From positions 1 through 64,000 of the forward strand of contig NIVC01002447.1 of NCBI GenBank assembly GCA_002269645.1: a DNA stretch of 64,000 nucleotides, in the 5' to 3' direction. The DNA comes from Macrostomum lignano. Taxonomy: Eukaryota. Shown here one piece after another: positions 12,301 through 23,535 of this stretch. Numbering within the stretch: the stretch's first letter is position 1; each line of letters starts with the position of its first letter. Made by a program: the position numbers and the translations under genes. Below the pieces are notes generated by a model that saw only the letters and a program-made list of their open reading frames with translations, was not told the origin of the DNA and did not search any database.

Positions 12301-14951
12301 GTCTGTCTGAGTGTGTCTGAGCCCGTCTGAGTCTGTCTGAGCCTGTCTGAGTCTGTCTGAGTCTGCCTGAGTCTGTCTGAGTCTGTCTGAGTCTGTCTGA
12401 GTCTGTCTGAGTCTGTCTGAGTCTGTCTGAGTCTGTCTGGGTCTATCTGAGTCTGTCTGAGTGTGTCTGAGTCTGTCTGAGTCTGTCTGTCAGATGGCAG
12501 AGCAGCTTAGCGGTAAACGCGTCTGACTCTCGCGCTACGAGCCCTGGTTCATTCTGTGGGCGGCCACATTAGCTTGGAGCTCGTGTGCCCCTGTGCGTGG
12601 ACCAATGTACGAGTACATCCTGGGTGAGCGTGTGCATGAGTGCCGTGCCTGCGTACAGTACTGTGTGCACAGGAGTCTGCGGAATGGCCAGATTTTCTAT
12701 CTACTATTTTCCAGACGGGGCGACAAAGTTCGCGTCCGGCTGCGCATGTCCTGCGGCTCCGCAGGCGTTCAGGAGTCGCGCAATATCGTTGCCGACTTGG
12801 AAGGTAGCGAGAAGCCGCAGGAGCTGGTTGTGGTCTGCGGCCACATCGACTCTTGGGATGTCGGACAGGTACGGTTGGTTTTGTACACAATTTTTATTGT
12901 TTTGAGTTCCTTTGAGCCTTTCTTATTATTTCTTATTATTATTTCTTTCTTATAATGTTCTGCCTTTCTTATTGCTCTATCGATATTCATAAAGCTTTTT
13001 GTTTAGAAAATTAGAATTCTATGTTAATTCTTTATTCTATGTAATGTACATTCGTTCCTGTAGCGAGAAATCATCTCTGTTACATAGTCAGCTAAGAATG
13101 ATGAAATGGATTCATAAAACCAGTTAGTTAGGTTGTGCCATGCATTTTTATGATTTTAAGGTGCAGAAAATAAAATTAACATAGAATCCCAATTTTCTGA
13201 ACAAAAAGCTTCTTGAATGTCGATAGAGCTGTAAGAAAGGCACAGCAAATCAAAAGATGAACACTGGTTCTGCCTTACCAAAAGAAATGGCATTTTTCCT
13301 GTAAAAATCAAGATTTCCCAAGAACCATAGTAGAGTCCCGATCTTCTTGAGCAGTCCCAGAGTAAGCCCAGGTTGAGTTTGCTGTTATCCTGGTCTGTTT
13401 GGTCTGAGTACAAAAAATGCCTTCGGCGAAGTTGACCCTGAGCACTGCATTGTAATAATAATTGATAATTATAGATTACACCTGCCCTAATGGCTATTGT
13501 GTGGCGGCATCTGAAGGCTGCGTACGGCTGTTCAGGCCAAGGACTGGGGGTGGGGGGTCGCCACACACAGCCTCAATTACCCCAGCTAATGCTGGCACCC
13601 ATTTTTACAGCTGGGTGAACTGAAGCATGAATGCAGAGAGTTAAGCGTCTTGCCTAAAGGACACAAATCGAACCCCCGACCTTTCAGTCCGACGCTCAAA
13701 CCACTGACTCACACAGGGTGCACAGCGTTAGACATGTACATTCTCTAGGTCTTGGGGTTTGGCCGTCAGGGCACGACAATCTAAGAGCCAATTTTCATGC
13801 ACACAAGCCCCAAATGAATTTGAATGAATCCTAATCAGCCACAAAGTTGTGCTGCTTTGCTAATTGATTATTAATTTGTTTTTCAATTCGCAGGGCGCCA
13901 TGGACGATGGCGGCGGCGCCTTCTGCGCCATGCAGTCGGTGCGCACCCTGCTGGAGATGGGGCTGCGGCCCAGGCGCACCATCCGGTTGGTGCTGTTCTC
14001 CGGTGAGGAATTCGGCATTCTGGGCGGCAATGCCTACTATGAGCGGCACAAGGCCGAACTGGCTGATAAAATCTCCTTTATGCTGGAATCGGACAGCGGC
14101 ACTTTTGGGTGCGTGTGCGGCTATTTGGACTGCAGTTGCTTCTTGATCTGAGTTTTATTTTTATTGCACACCTTTTATGCACTTTTTGCGGCCCGCATAT
14201 CTTTAGCTAATGTCGCCCTTAAAACCCTCAATTAAGGCAATTGAAAAAATAATTGATTACACCTGCCCTAATGGGCCAGATGTGCAACCGACAGCTCAGC
14301 CGCAGCTATTTGTTCGGTGCATCTGGAGGCTGCGTAACGGCTGTTCAGTCCAAGGACTGTGGGGGGGGTCGCCACACACCCTCAATTACCCCAGCTAATG
14401 CTGGCACCCATTTGCAGAGAGTTAAGTGTCTTGCTCAAAGGACACAAATTGTTCTAGTTTAGATTGGGAATCGAACCCGCGACCTTCAAGTCATGAGTCC
14501 GACGCTCTGACCACTGGGCTTACTTTAAACTTTACTAAACATGCTTAAAATTTTTAATTCCACATTCAGGCCCATCGGCACCACCTGCTCGGGATCCGAG
14601 GCCACCCGATCGGCCTATCAGCAGGTGCTGAACCTCCTTGAACCCATCGGCGCCACCACCCTGGTGCCTTCGACAGACGGACCCGACATCACGGTGTGGG
14701 CAAAGTCCGGCGTCCCAGTTGGCGACCTGCTGACGAAACGGGCCGGCCAGCCGGATGATTTTTATTTTTACTTTCACCATAGCGAAGGCGACATGATGAC
14801 CGTGCAGGACCCGGCCGAGATGGACCGCTGTGTGGCCGCCTTTGCGGTGGTCTCGCTGGCCCTGGCCGATGCGGCCGAGCTGCTGCCGCGCGGCATCAGC
14901 GGAGCCAGCGCTGGTGAGGACGGCCTGCTGTCTGACTGGGTGCTGGTGTGA
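8138..14951 (+). CDS. CPQ: Carboxypeptidase Q (plasma glutamate carboxypeptidase, peptidase M28 with PA domain); join(8138..8350,8852..9309,12715..12868,13894..14108,14570..14951), 473 aa
   Basis: All junctions are GT-AG with compatible phases (1422 nt). Family motifs and Zn ligands are intact: GKIVVYNQ, IRSVTPFSIGSPHTG, CITVEDAE, GHIDSWDVGQGAMDDGGG, GEEFG, ESDSG, FHHSEGDMMTV. An extra 5' signal-peptide exon cannot be excluded. Confidence 0.95.
8480..8762 (-). mobile_element. tRNA-headed CORE-type (MIR-like core) SINE, copy 1, CPQ intron 1
   Basis: Reverse complement: GTGGCCTAGTGG (A box)..GGTTCGATTC (B box), then tgtgtccttgggcaagacacttaactctct..cagctgtaaaatggg, resembling the MIR/CORE core; (ATT)n-like tail. 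Confidence 0.85.
9340..12490. repeat. 10-bp satellite (GTCTGAGTCT)n, ~310 units, derived from (GTCT)n, filling CPQ intron 2
   Basis: Directly visible. Variant units (gtctgggtct atctgagtct, gcctttct) recur. The block containing gtttgagcct at 9601 reappears at 12025. Confidence 0.98.
13476..13713 (-). mobile_element. CORE-type SINE copy 2, CPQ intron 3
   Basis: Alignable to copy 1 (ttacacctgccctaatgg..cccagctaatgctggcacccat..acagctgggtgaactgaagca..aatcgaacccccgacc). Confidence 0.85.
14257..14520 (-). mobile_element. CORE-type SINE copy 3, CPQ intron 4
   Basis: Same body and tRNA head (gggaatcgaacccgcgaccttcaagtc..ctctgaccact), with a small internal deletion. Confidence 0.85.
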
Positions 14952-15102
14952 CTGGAGCTTGCTTGTTCTGCAACTTGGAATTCGGAGATGATTTATATTG
15001 CGGAATTTATAAATATTGATTATTTCATTGCTCACTCGGCTTCTTGTTCTGATAATTATTGCCAAAGCTTTCAAGTAGCCTTTTGATCTAGAAAAGTACT
15101 AC

Positions 15103-15346
15103 TAGCCTAGTGGTCAGAGCGTCAGCCTCACGACTTGAAGGTCGCGGGTTCGATTCCCGATTCCACTCTGCATTGCTTCAGTTCACCCAGCTGTAAAATG
15201 GGTGCCAGCATTAGCTGGGGTAATTGAGGCTGTGTGTGGCGACCCCCAGTCCTTGGACTGAACAGCCGTACGCAGCCTTCAGATGCGCCGCGGATAGCTG
15301 CGGCTGAGCTGTCGGTTGCACAATTTCCTATTAGGGCAGGTGTTAT
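15103..15346 (+). mobile_element. CORE-type SINE copy 4, just 3' of CPQ
   Basis: tagcctagtggtcagagcg..gggttcgattccc head, followed by cttcagttcacccagctgtaaaatggg core and the same 3' body. Confidence 0.85.
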
Positions 15347-15809
15347 CAACTATTATTACTTTCAGTAGCTTATAATACGATTTAGCTCGTAGTGACATGT
15401 CCATATGCCAGCCGTTTTGTCTGATAAAGTGATTAGAGAAAGTGTAAATTCCTGCATGATTTTACATTTTTGTATTATATAAATCTTCACTGTTTTATAT
15501 TGTTATAATCTTTTATTCAAATTCCAGGCTCACACCCAGCCAGCTAATCGATGTCATGCTGAATAATTTATAACTCCAGGGTCTTCGGTTACTCAACTAT
15601 TTTCGGTTTTAATAATTGATTTTTGGCTAATCTTTTATCGGCTCTGAGGTTGCACAATGCACTGTTTAGTTCTGTTTTGGTGCTCAAGTTTTTTAGAAGG
15701 CTAAAGGCTCATTCACACGGCTGTCAAAGAAAGCATCGGCCAATTTGAATAATGCACGAAGGAATAAATGCTTATTAAACAAAATCGTTTTTGTACATGA
15801 GAAAAAGAT

Positions 15810-16075
15810 GACAGGAGAGAGGAGAGGAGAAGAAGATGAGAGAGGAGAGGAGAAGAAGATGAGAGAGGAGAGGAGAAGAAGATGAGAGAGGAGAGGAGAA
15901 GAAGATGAGAGAGGAGAGGAGAAGAAGATGAGAGAGGAGAGGAGAAGAAGATGAGAGAGGAGAGGAGAAGAAGATGAGAGAGGAGAGGAGAAGATGAGTG
16001 AGGAGAGAGGAGAGAAAGAGGAGAGAGGAGAGGAAAGATAAGAGAAGATGAGAGGAGAGGAGAGAGGGGACTAGA
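15810..16075. repeat. Polypurine 23-bp tandem repeat (gagaggagaggagaagaagatga)
   Basis: About 8 near-perfect units, then degenerate GA-rich sequence. Confidence 0.9.
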
Positions 16076-16637
16076 TGTGAGAGCGCTGAGAACATTGAGC
16101 AGGCCTAATATTTTAATTATTCAAGTTTTTTAAGCTTGACATGTAGTGCCAAATTATTTTTAAATATTTTGTGCTTTCATAAATTGAGAACTTTAATTGT
16201 AAATGGGTGGACTTTATGGCTCCTGATCTAATGTAGCAGTGTTGCTGTGATAAATTTTGTGCTAGTGTTTCAGATTTAAATGACACAGGAAGCATTAATT
16301 GATAATTTATGCTGTCAATTTGTACACCTTTGAAAATATACCCTTCATTTTCAATAATTCATCTGATCTGTGACAATTCAATAAAGCAAGTTAAATTGCT
16401 AAAATTTATTTCTGAAATTCTATTAATACTTATACAATACGTACATGTTGTAGTTTCCCTAATTAGGCAGCTTTTAATTTTACTCGTAGATTGAAAACTA
16501 ACTTTTCTACATGCAGCTACCATCGTACGGTATTCTATCTGACCCCGGCTTTAAGAAACTAAAACATTTCGAGGAAAGTTATGTGCTGCAGTCACAGGGG
16601 TTTTATTTAGAGCTTTCAATAGTCAACAGCGATGGTA

Positions 16638-17322
16638 TAGTTTGGTCACAAGTTATTCAGTTAGTAGGCTATAGTTTGGTCACAAGTTATTCAGTTAGTA
16701 GGCTATAGTTTGGTCACAAGTTATTCAGTTAGTAGGCTATAGTTTGGTCACAAGTTATTCAGTTAGTAGGCTATAGTTTGGTCACAAATTATTCAGTTAG
16801 TAGGCTATAGTTTGGTCACAAATTATTCAGTTAGTAGGCTATAGTTTGGTCACAAATTATTCAGTTAGTAGGCTATAGTTTGGTCACAAATTATTCAGTT
16901 AGTAGGCTATAGTTTGGTCACAAGTTATTCAGTTAGTAGGCTATAGTTTGGTCACAAATTATTCAGTTAGTAGGCTATAGGTTGGTCACAAATTATTCAG
17001 TTAGTAGGCTATAGTTTGGTCACAAATTATTCAGTTAGTAGGCTATAGGTTGGTCACAAATTATTCAGTTAGTAGGCTATAGTTTGGTCACAAATTATTC
17101 AGTTAGTAGGCTATAGTTTGGTCACAAATTATTCAGTTAGTAGGCTATAGTTTGGTCACAAATTATTCAGTTAGTAGGCTATTGTTTGGTCACAAATTAT
17201 TCAGTTAGTAGGCTATAGTTTGGTCACAAATTATTCAGTTAGTAGGCTATAGTTTGGTCACAAATTATTCAGTTAGTAGGCTATAGTTTGGTCACAAATT
17301 ATTCAGTTAGTAGGCTATTGTT
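16638..17322. repeat. 34-bp minisatellite (tagtttggtcacaaattattcagttagtaggcta), ~20 units
   Basis: Period 34 (16638, 16672, ...). Ends about 13 bp from the stop codon of the fibrinogen-domain gene. Confidence 0.97.
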
Positions 17323-17334
17323 TGCTTCACTCTT

Positions 17335-18909
17335 TCAGGCGCAGATAAATGACAGACGCGTCGCCCTCCAGCAGACCCGTTTATCCTGCTTAGTCCAGCT
17401 CGAGCAGTAGTTGTAGCATGCGTCTTTATTTGGGAAGTCTTTTTCGGCTATGATGCCGTTTGGGTTGTGGTTATGGCACCCATCGTGGTACCACCAGCCA
17501 GTTTTCCCGTGATAGCCTGAGCAGTCCGCGCTCCACTTGTCATTGTCTCTATCGAAGGTGCTGAACTGTGCGTTGTCGTGATTTTTCATCATGTACATCG
17601 GATTGCCCGGCTCAGCATCGCCCACGCGCAGCTTGAAGTTCTCGTCCTCTCCGCGAACCTGAAAATCCCTGAAGATTCCTCTCTGAGCTGTGCCGTCGAA
17701 CTTCATTGCTTCAAAAATGAGCTTGCAGCTCCGGTCCTTTGTGAGACTGGACAGCCGCTTGAGACCTGCGGAATCGGTTGAGTGAGCTGCATCTGTTGCT
17801 CTTGCAGATTTATGCAAGCTTGAGGACACGCTTTGCAATGCTGTTGCCCAGTGGTCAGAGCGTCTCACTTACGACTTGAAGGCCGGGGGTTCGATACCCG
17901 CGATCCCACTGCTTTGAGCAAGACACTTAGCTCTGCATTGCTTCAGTTCACCCAGCTGTGAAATGGGAGCCAGCATTAGCTGGGATAATTGAGGTTTGTG
18001 TGGCGACCTTCCCCCCAGTCCTTAGACTGAACAGCCGTACGCAGCCTTAAGATGTGCCGCGCTATAGCTGCTACGGAGCTGTCGGTTGCACATCATCAGG
18101 CCAACAGGGGCAGGTGTAATAAAAAAACATTTTATTTGCAATGCTTTTGCAAATTAAACATCTTTGCTTCAATTCACACACGTTTACTAATGCCCAAGAT
18201 CTGCTTCTATTTTTTAAGCTCAACGATCTACAGTCCACTTACATGAGCACTAATAAACGCTAGCTATATGCTTCAATAATTTCTATTCTGTGACCTTTGG
18301 TCGTAAAACACGTTTCAATCCTGCAACTGCATTCCCAACCGACTCACCCATCCAGTAGTTTCCTAATCTGATATCCGAATTCCCAAAGCCCTTCACGTAG
18401 GTGTCCCAGTTCTGGGCAAACGAGATGATGCGGTCGAAGTTTCGCTGGAATTCGACCGCGTATTGTGCCGGCGCCGACTCCGGTGCTCGAACATGCAAGT
18501 TGAAAAATCCGGTGTCAGAGTGGCCGGTTAGAGTGAACTCGATAGCTCTCTGTACCTTGGCGGGGTTCAAGTTAATTTGTTCCCGGACTTGCAAGCACTT
18601 GCGCCAACTGCGGCACTCGAATACCAGCTGGGCAACGGTTCCGTCTGTGCTTAGCCGAGCCGTCACTGGGACCCCGAAATCCCTGCCGCTGTCCAGCTTC
18701 ACAGCCAGTCTTTCCACCTTCAGGTGGGACTGGGGCTCTCCTCGCACATATTCGCCAATTTTTGCCATCATCGTGACCTCAAAGGTACCGCTTAAATAGT
18801 TGTAGATGATGTCAGCAGGCTGGTTCAAAAAGTTCACTTTGATCTTTGCAGAGACTCCGATGCCTAAGCAAAGCCAGATGGTCAGGTGCAGTGCGGTTTG
18901 GAGCTGCAT
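17335..18909 (-). CDS. Secreted fibrinogen-related domain (FReD) protein; complement(join(17335..17765,18348..18909))
   Basis: Signal peptide MQLQTALHLTIWLCLGIGVSA, then ~130 aa unassigned, then FQRNFDRIISFAQNWDTYVKGFG..NYWMG|LKRLSSLT..FSTFDRDND..C....GWWYHDGC...NPNG. GTGAGT donor at 18347 and CAG acceptor at 17766-68, phase 1. Confidence 0.9.
17842..18120 (+). mobile_element. CORE-type SINE copy 5, in the intron of the FReD gene
   Basis: gttgcccagtggtcagagcg..ggttcgatacc head, gagcaagacacttagct..cacccagctgtgaaatggg core, A-rich tail. Confidence 0.85.
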
Positions 18910-19267
18910 CACTCACGACTGTTTCGTCTTTTAAAATTAAATTAAAACTTCTCTTTGACTGCTCTCGCTTGCATTTAATACGAGTATAGTTGAAATGCAA
19001 TTGGAATTTAGGGATCGATATTTTAAATGAATTTCGTTCGATCGAGAGCTGGAATGCTGCATCGAAGTCACAGAAACCCAGTTTTTTAGCAATGCATAGC
19101 GTTGTATACTTTAGAACGGTGGTCTACCCGAAGCTACAGGCTCAGCTCCATGCTTGTTTGGAATTCGGCGAATTTCATTTTTAAGAGGCATCACTGCTTC
19201 GAAAAGATTGTGGATCAGTTGGAATTATGGAAATCTCCTCTTGCTTATTCATGATCGATTGGAATTC

Positions 19268-20121
19268 TTAACCATTTGGAAGCCAAAGGCCTGCACTGCA
19301 GGCCATACCGAAACGGCCCAGAAACCCAGAGATTGAAAAATGTCTATGGCATCAAAAACCATCTCCCAATCACTAAAGCAAGTGCCCAGTATGGCCTGCT
19401 GTGCAGGCCATGACTGATTTAAAGACGTCCATTGTGCATTTCTATTGTGTTTTCACTCAAATGGGAAATGTTAAAGGGGAAATAAAGCGTGGATGAATTA
19501 GCAAGGATCTGGACAGAGACCAGGATTTCCGGGACATTGGCTGCAGCAAAATACTGTCTTCTTAGCTGGAACGTCAGGTTTCAAATTCGGAATCGTTTGC
19601 TTGGGCGAGTCTGGGCTTCCGTTGCAGGGAGTCGTCCGTGTATTTGTGGTATCCTTCGCCCAGCACTTCGCCGCTAAGCTCAACAACAACTCTCGCTCTC
19701 TTCCTCGCCATTTCTGCACTCTCCTGCTGGAACTCCCTGACAGCCAACCACATTCGCTCATTGGTCCATGTGACAAGACGGTGGTGAGAAACTCTTCAGT
19801 CAGGAAGATTGATAAAAATTATTTCATACTTTCGTCTGGATTTTCTGGTAGACCAGTGCTTAGATTGATGGTCAAAAACTCTCGGAATTCCGGCACCCCG
19901 TCGTGGTCAAACGAGTTGTCATTTCCAGGGGTTACTTCAACCCATTCCGCGGTCGCCTCGTCTTGGCTCTGATCAATTTCTGGATCCATGCCTTCCGACT
20001 CCGTTTCTGACTCAAAAACCGTCGAGTCATTGCGTGATAAAGCGTCTTCCGAATCGGAATCGAGTCCCAGTCTACGCAAGGCGTCACTTTTAGCTGTCCT
20101 ATTCGGCCGCGTAAAATCCAT
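19268..20121 (-). mobile_element. Internally deleted piggyBac-like transposon relic
   Basis: Minus strand, across stops and frameshifts: acidic N-terminus (DSDSED..), then P..FLSIFLTEEFL..TWTNE, then VVVELSGEVLGEGYHKYTD (second catalytic Asp region), then the Cys-rich tail KKTVFCCSQCPGNPGLCPDPC. TTAA at 19268-71; 21-bp inverted repeats at 19288-19308 and 19389-19409. The far terminus was not located. Confidence 0.75.
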
Positions 20122-22390
20122 TTGTGGGTAGGAAGGTTTGAACAGGAGCTAGCTGAAAAACTATGTGATATACGAGCGTACTTTACTTCTGGGCTTCTAG
20201 CCCGGGTAGCATTTTGACGTCAATTTGCGGTTGCGTTGACGTCGCAAAAATTACCTTCGCAAATCTATTCACCCCAGCCCGTCTTCGTTGATATTGTAGT
20301 TTATTTTTGCATAATTAGATGCCAGAGTCAATATGCATTTATAGTCATCATTTTGCTAGCTCAATATACCTGTAAAATAGCAAAGAAGTAACGTAAAATA
20401 TTCGACGAAAAATCAACGTCAAACTTTAGTCATTATGGAACCCAAAATTTGACGTTTCTATGCTGCATTACTATATAATAACGTAGATTGAATGATTTTT
20501 ATAACACTGAAAAAAGTAAGGGAAAAAGTAAGGCTCGTTTTTTACAGTTTTATTTTGTTAATACGTATTTTTAAACTCGTACATATTTGAATATTTTGCT
20601 GCATGATAAAAGTTCGCTTTATAGATCATATAAGTGGCGTTGCTTTTTTATTTAGTTAGTGTTACCTGCTATATGAAACTTCACTTTCACGATGATATCA
20701 AACGTCATCTTTCTCCTGGTTGAATATTATTCGAAATATTTTCAGCTGCCATAAAACATACCAATAGATTTTTTGGTATAGAATGACTTATTAAAGCAAT
20801 ACCAAATCATGGCTGATTTAGCTACTAATACAAACTGCTAAATTGGCTGGCTAATAAGATAGTTGCTCATTTTAATTCTACTACTTTCTCTCTCCCCATT
20901 TCCTATCTGTACTGCTGTTTATATTGGAAATATACAGTAATAATAGTCTTGCCTACCACAAGTATTGTATTGATTATAACTACTAGAGTTAAACATAATT
21001 CCTATCAAAATAATAATTGTCTGGAAATCAAATTCCTACATACATGCAGTTTGCAAAGAACTGCTTGATTTTCGAATCAGTCTTACTCTCAGCCTAATCA
21101 TATATAATCATTGGACCTTAGATATCATATCCAAGATCCAATTTCAAATTTTTATTTGGAAGGTGCAGTTGTTCTAGCATTTTTATCATACAAAAAATCT
21201 TGGCATATTTGATTTGAAATTAATATTTCTTGTTTCTTAGTTTTACTAATCAGCCATTTAATGACATTATATTTATTATGCATGCTAAGTTCATGTTAGG
21301 CCTAGCATTTAAAATATACTTTCGTTTCCTAGTTAGCTTATTAAAATCTTTAGTAGGCCCTAATTTCTCATTGTAGCACTCTTAGAGTTACAATTTCCTT
21401 AACAAACTTATGCTTAGCTATATTCTATATTAAAACATATATTTATTAATGTTTTGCCCCATTAAGTAGCCTATAGTTTGTTAATCATATTTAGACATTT
21501 ATACATTATTGTAGCATTGCTAGGGCACTATTGTTTAATTTGTGGTTGAGCAGATTTTTTAGTTGAATAGAAAGTCTGAACAAAAGTAAAAAGATTTATA
21601 GGATTATGTATAGAAATCCTAAGACTAAGAGTAAGGCTAAAGACTTCTGTATAATATAGTTTTGTATATTGCAATTTATAGATGTATAAAATATAACTTT
21701 ACCAATGCATAAGTCAAAATCTTTTTATAACCAAATATACTTTTTTCTGCCTATTTCAGATGGCCACCTGTGTGAAGAGGACAGGAGAGATTGCTACTAT
21801 ATGCCATCAATGATACTAATTCCAACTCCTAGATGAGGAGGAGAAAATTCATTCCTATGATGACATCATCCCTGCTTATTGGAACAGGTTGTCATGAAGG
21901 GATGTCTCAGCTAGTCAATTTGAGGAAGAGGATAACAATTCACCATTTGATTCAGTCTCCTCCAATTCAGAGACTGAGGACTATCAAGAATTTGATGTTG
22001 ATCTTCTGAGTGAAAGACTGGGCAATATGCAGCAATATGCAACTACTCTCTATTTATTTATTCTACAGTTCTGTTGTTTGCTGCTTTCATCCTTATATTT
22101 GTTTATGTCATTTCTGTCTATTCTGTTTTGTCAGTACTGTCGTTTTTGGCACTATTGTAAATTTTTCAACTTTAAAAATTGAATTTATTACCATCCTTTT
22201 CATAAATTTTCATATGCAAGCATCAACTTAATTTGTGTTAAAATATCAATTTACGAAGAAAAGTAACATCCTATATATAACTTCTAAATCCAATGTCTAC
22301 AATATGTATGTATACAAGAGAAGATGAATATAAGGCTTTGTCCGCATGTATTCTTGTTTAATATTTTCTGGTAAAAATGTAACTATTAGC

Positions 22391-22562
22391 CTGGGGCGTA
22401 GCCAAGTGGGGTCATTGGGGTCATGAACCCCCCCCCCCAGCCGGCTGATCCAGGCCAAATACAGGCAGCAGCCCCCCTCCCCCGTCGCAGAGGCCTAGCA
22501 CCCCGCCCCCGGTTGCCGCTGTGACTGTGACCCCCGGAAGGAAATTCCTAGCTACGCCACTG
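22391..22562. mobile_element. hAT-type MITE
   Basis: TIRs ctggggcgtagc..gctacgccactg; 8-bp TSD ctattagc / caattagc (1 mismatch). Confidence 0.75.
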
Positions 22563-23079
22563 CAATTAGCTTCTAGAAATAAGATGGGTACATGTACTGC
22601 CTACACACATTCAAAGAAAGTTGACTTCAGAATGCAAAGACCTGCACAGTCGCAGATGGGAATCCGTCTGCGGGGCAACGGATCCAAACTGAGGACAAAG
22701 GAAATTCCGGCGATGGGCCCTCTAGATGACGAAAATTGACGTCATTGCGGTCCTTCCGGTGGTTACAATGTCCCGCAAAAGGATTACGCATAAATTTGTA
22801 CGAGTATACGGGCTACGTCATGCAAGAAAATTACAAAATAAAAAAATGTCAAAAGTGGTTGTCGCAGTACCACAATACATGGCTCGTACAATAAAATCAG
22901 GATCTTAAGCCATCTAGAGTAGAACAAATAAAACAAATACATACGCTCCTACGCATAGTTTATATTACACTCGTACGAGCGTATATCAAGTCTTTGTATA
23001 AAATAAAGAGTTTGATTCTTTTATTAACAAGCACAAAAGCTGAGCTTTGCGGGTACGTCGTAGGTCAATTTCTATAGTT

Positions 23080-23535
23080 TTAGTTAGCAGCCTTCCTTAG
23101 AATCGCAGCCTTTCTTCGAACCGCATTTAGTATTTTAGTCTTTAGTGCCGACAGTTCTATTCCACGAGATAACTCTCTAGAAGTTTTTTCCAGGATTAAC
23201 AATATTACTTGTAGAGACAACCCTGCCAATGCCCCTTTCAACCCGCCACGATATGCGGCAAGAAGCACCAGCGGATGGAATACGAGTAGCCGACCAACCA
23301 ATTTCAACTGCCACGGATTCTCTGCCTTTTCCGTGACGTACATCTTCATAGCCTCGACAGGATTCCAGCAGTTATTTAGAAGAAAACTGTACTTGTCTTT
23401 GCTACAGGCTTCTATTAGCCCTTTCAGCGTCTTCGGTTCGTTTGACCGTGCGGCATTCACAGATTCAGTGGTCGTGAAATCCTTTTTCTCATCCTCGCTG
23501 TTTATCTTGACAAGGTTGACAACCTTTGTCGCCAC
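23080..23535 (-). CDS. Orphan ORF or terminal exon (~151 aa) with a hydrophobic segment and a basic C-terminus
   Basis: Long stop-free frame in AT-rich DNA. AG immediately before the GTG at 23535; AATAAA ~55 bp after the stop. No ATG at the 5' end, and no family recognised. Confidence 0.5.
   Translation of the reverse strand: MATKVVNLVKINSEDEKKDFTTTESVNAARSNEPKTLKGLIEACSKDKYSFLLNNCWNPVEAMKMYVTEKAENPWQLKLVGRLLVFHPLVLLAAYRGGLKGALAGLSLQVILLILEKTSRELSRGIELSALKTKILNAVRRKAAILRKAAN

Noticed and set aside
12494-12714. In-frame TGA in MAEQLSGKRV*LSRY.. as selenocysteine or readthrough into CPQ exon 3
   Set aside because: CPQ is already complete without it, I saw no SECIS-like element, and the frame has no CPQ homology.
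8700-17900. tRNA-like heads (A and B boxes) as tRNA genes
   Set aside because: Each is fused to the same SINE body, lacks a complete acceptor stem, and the copies are divergent.
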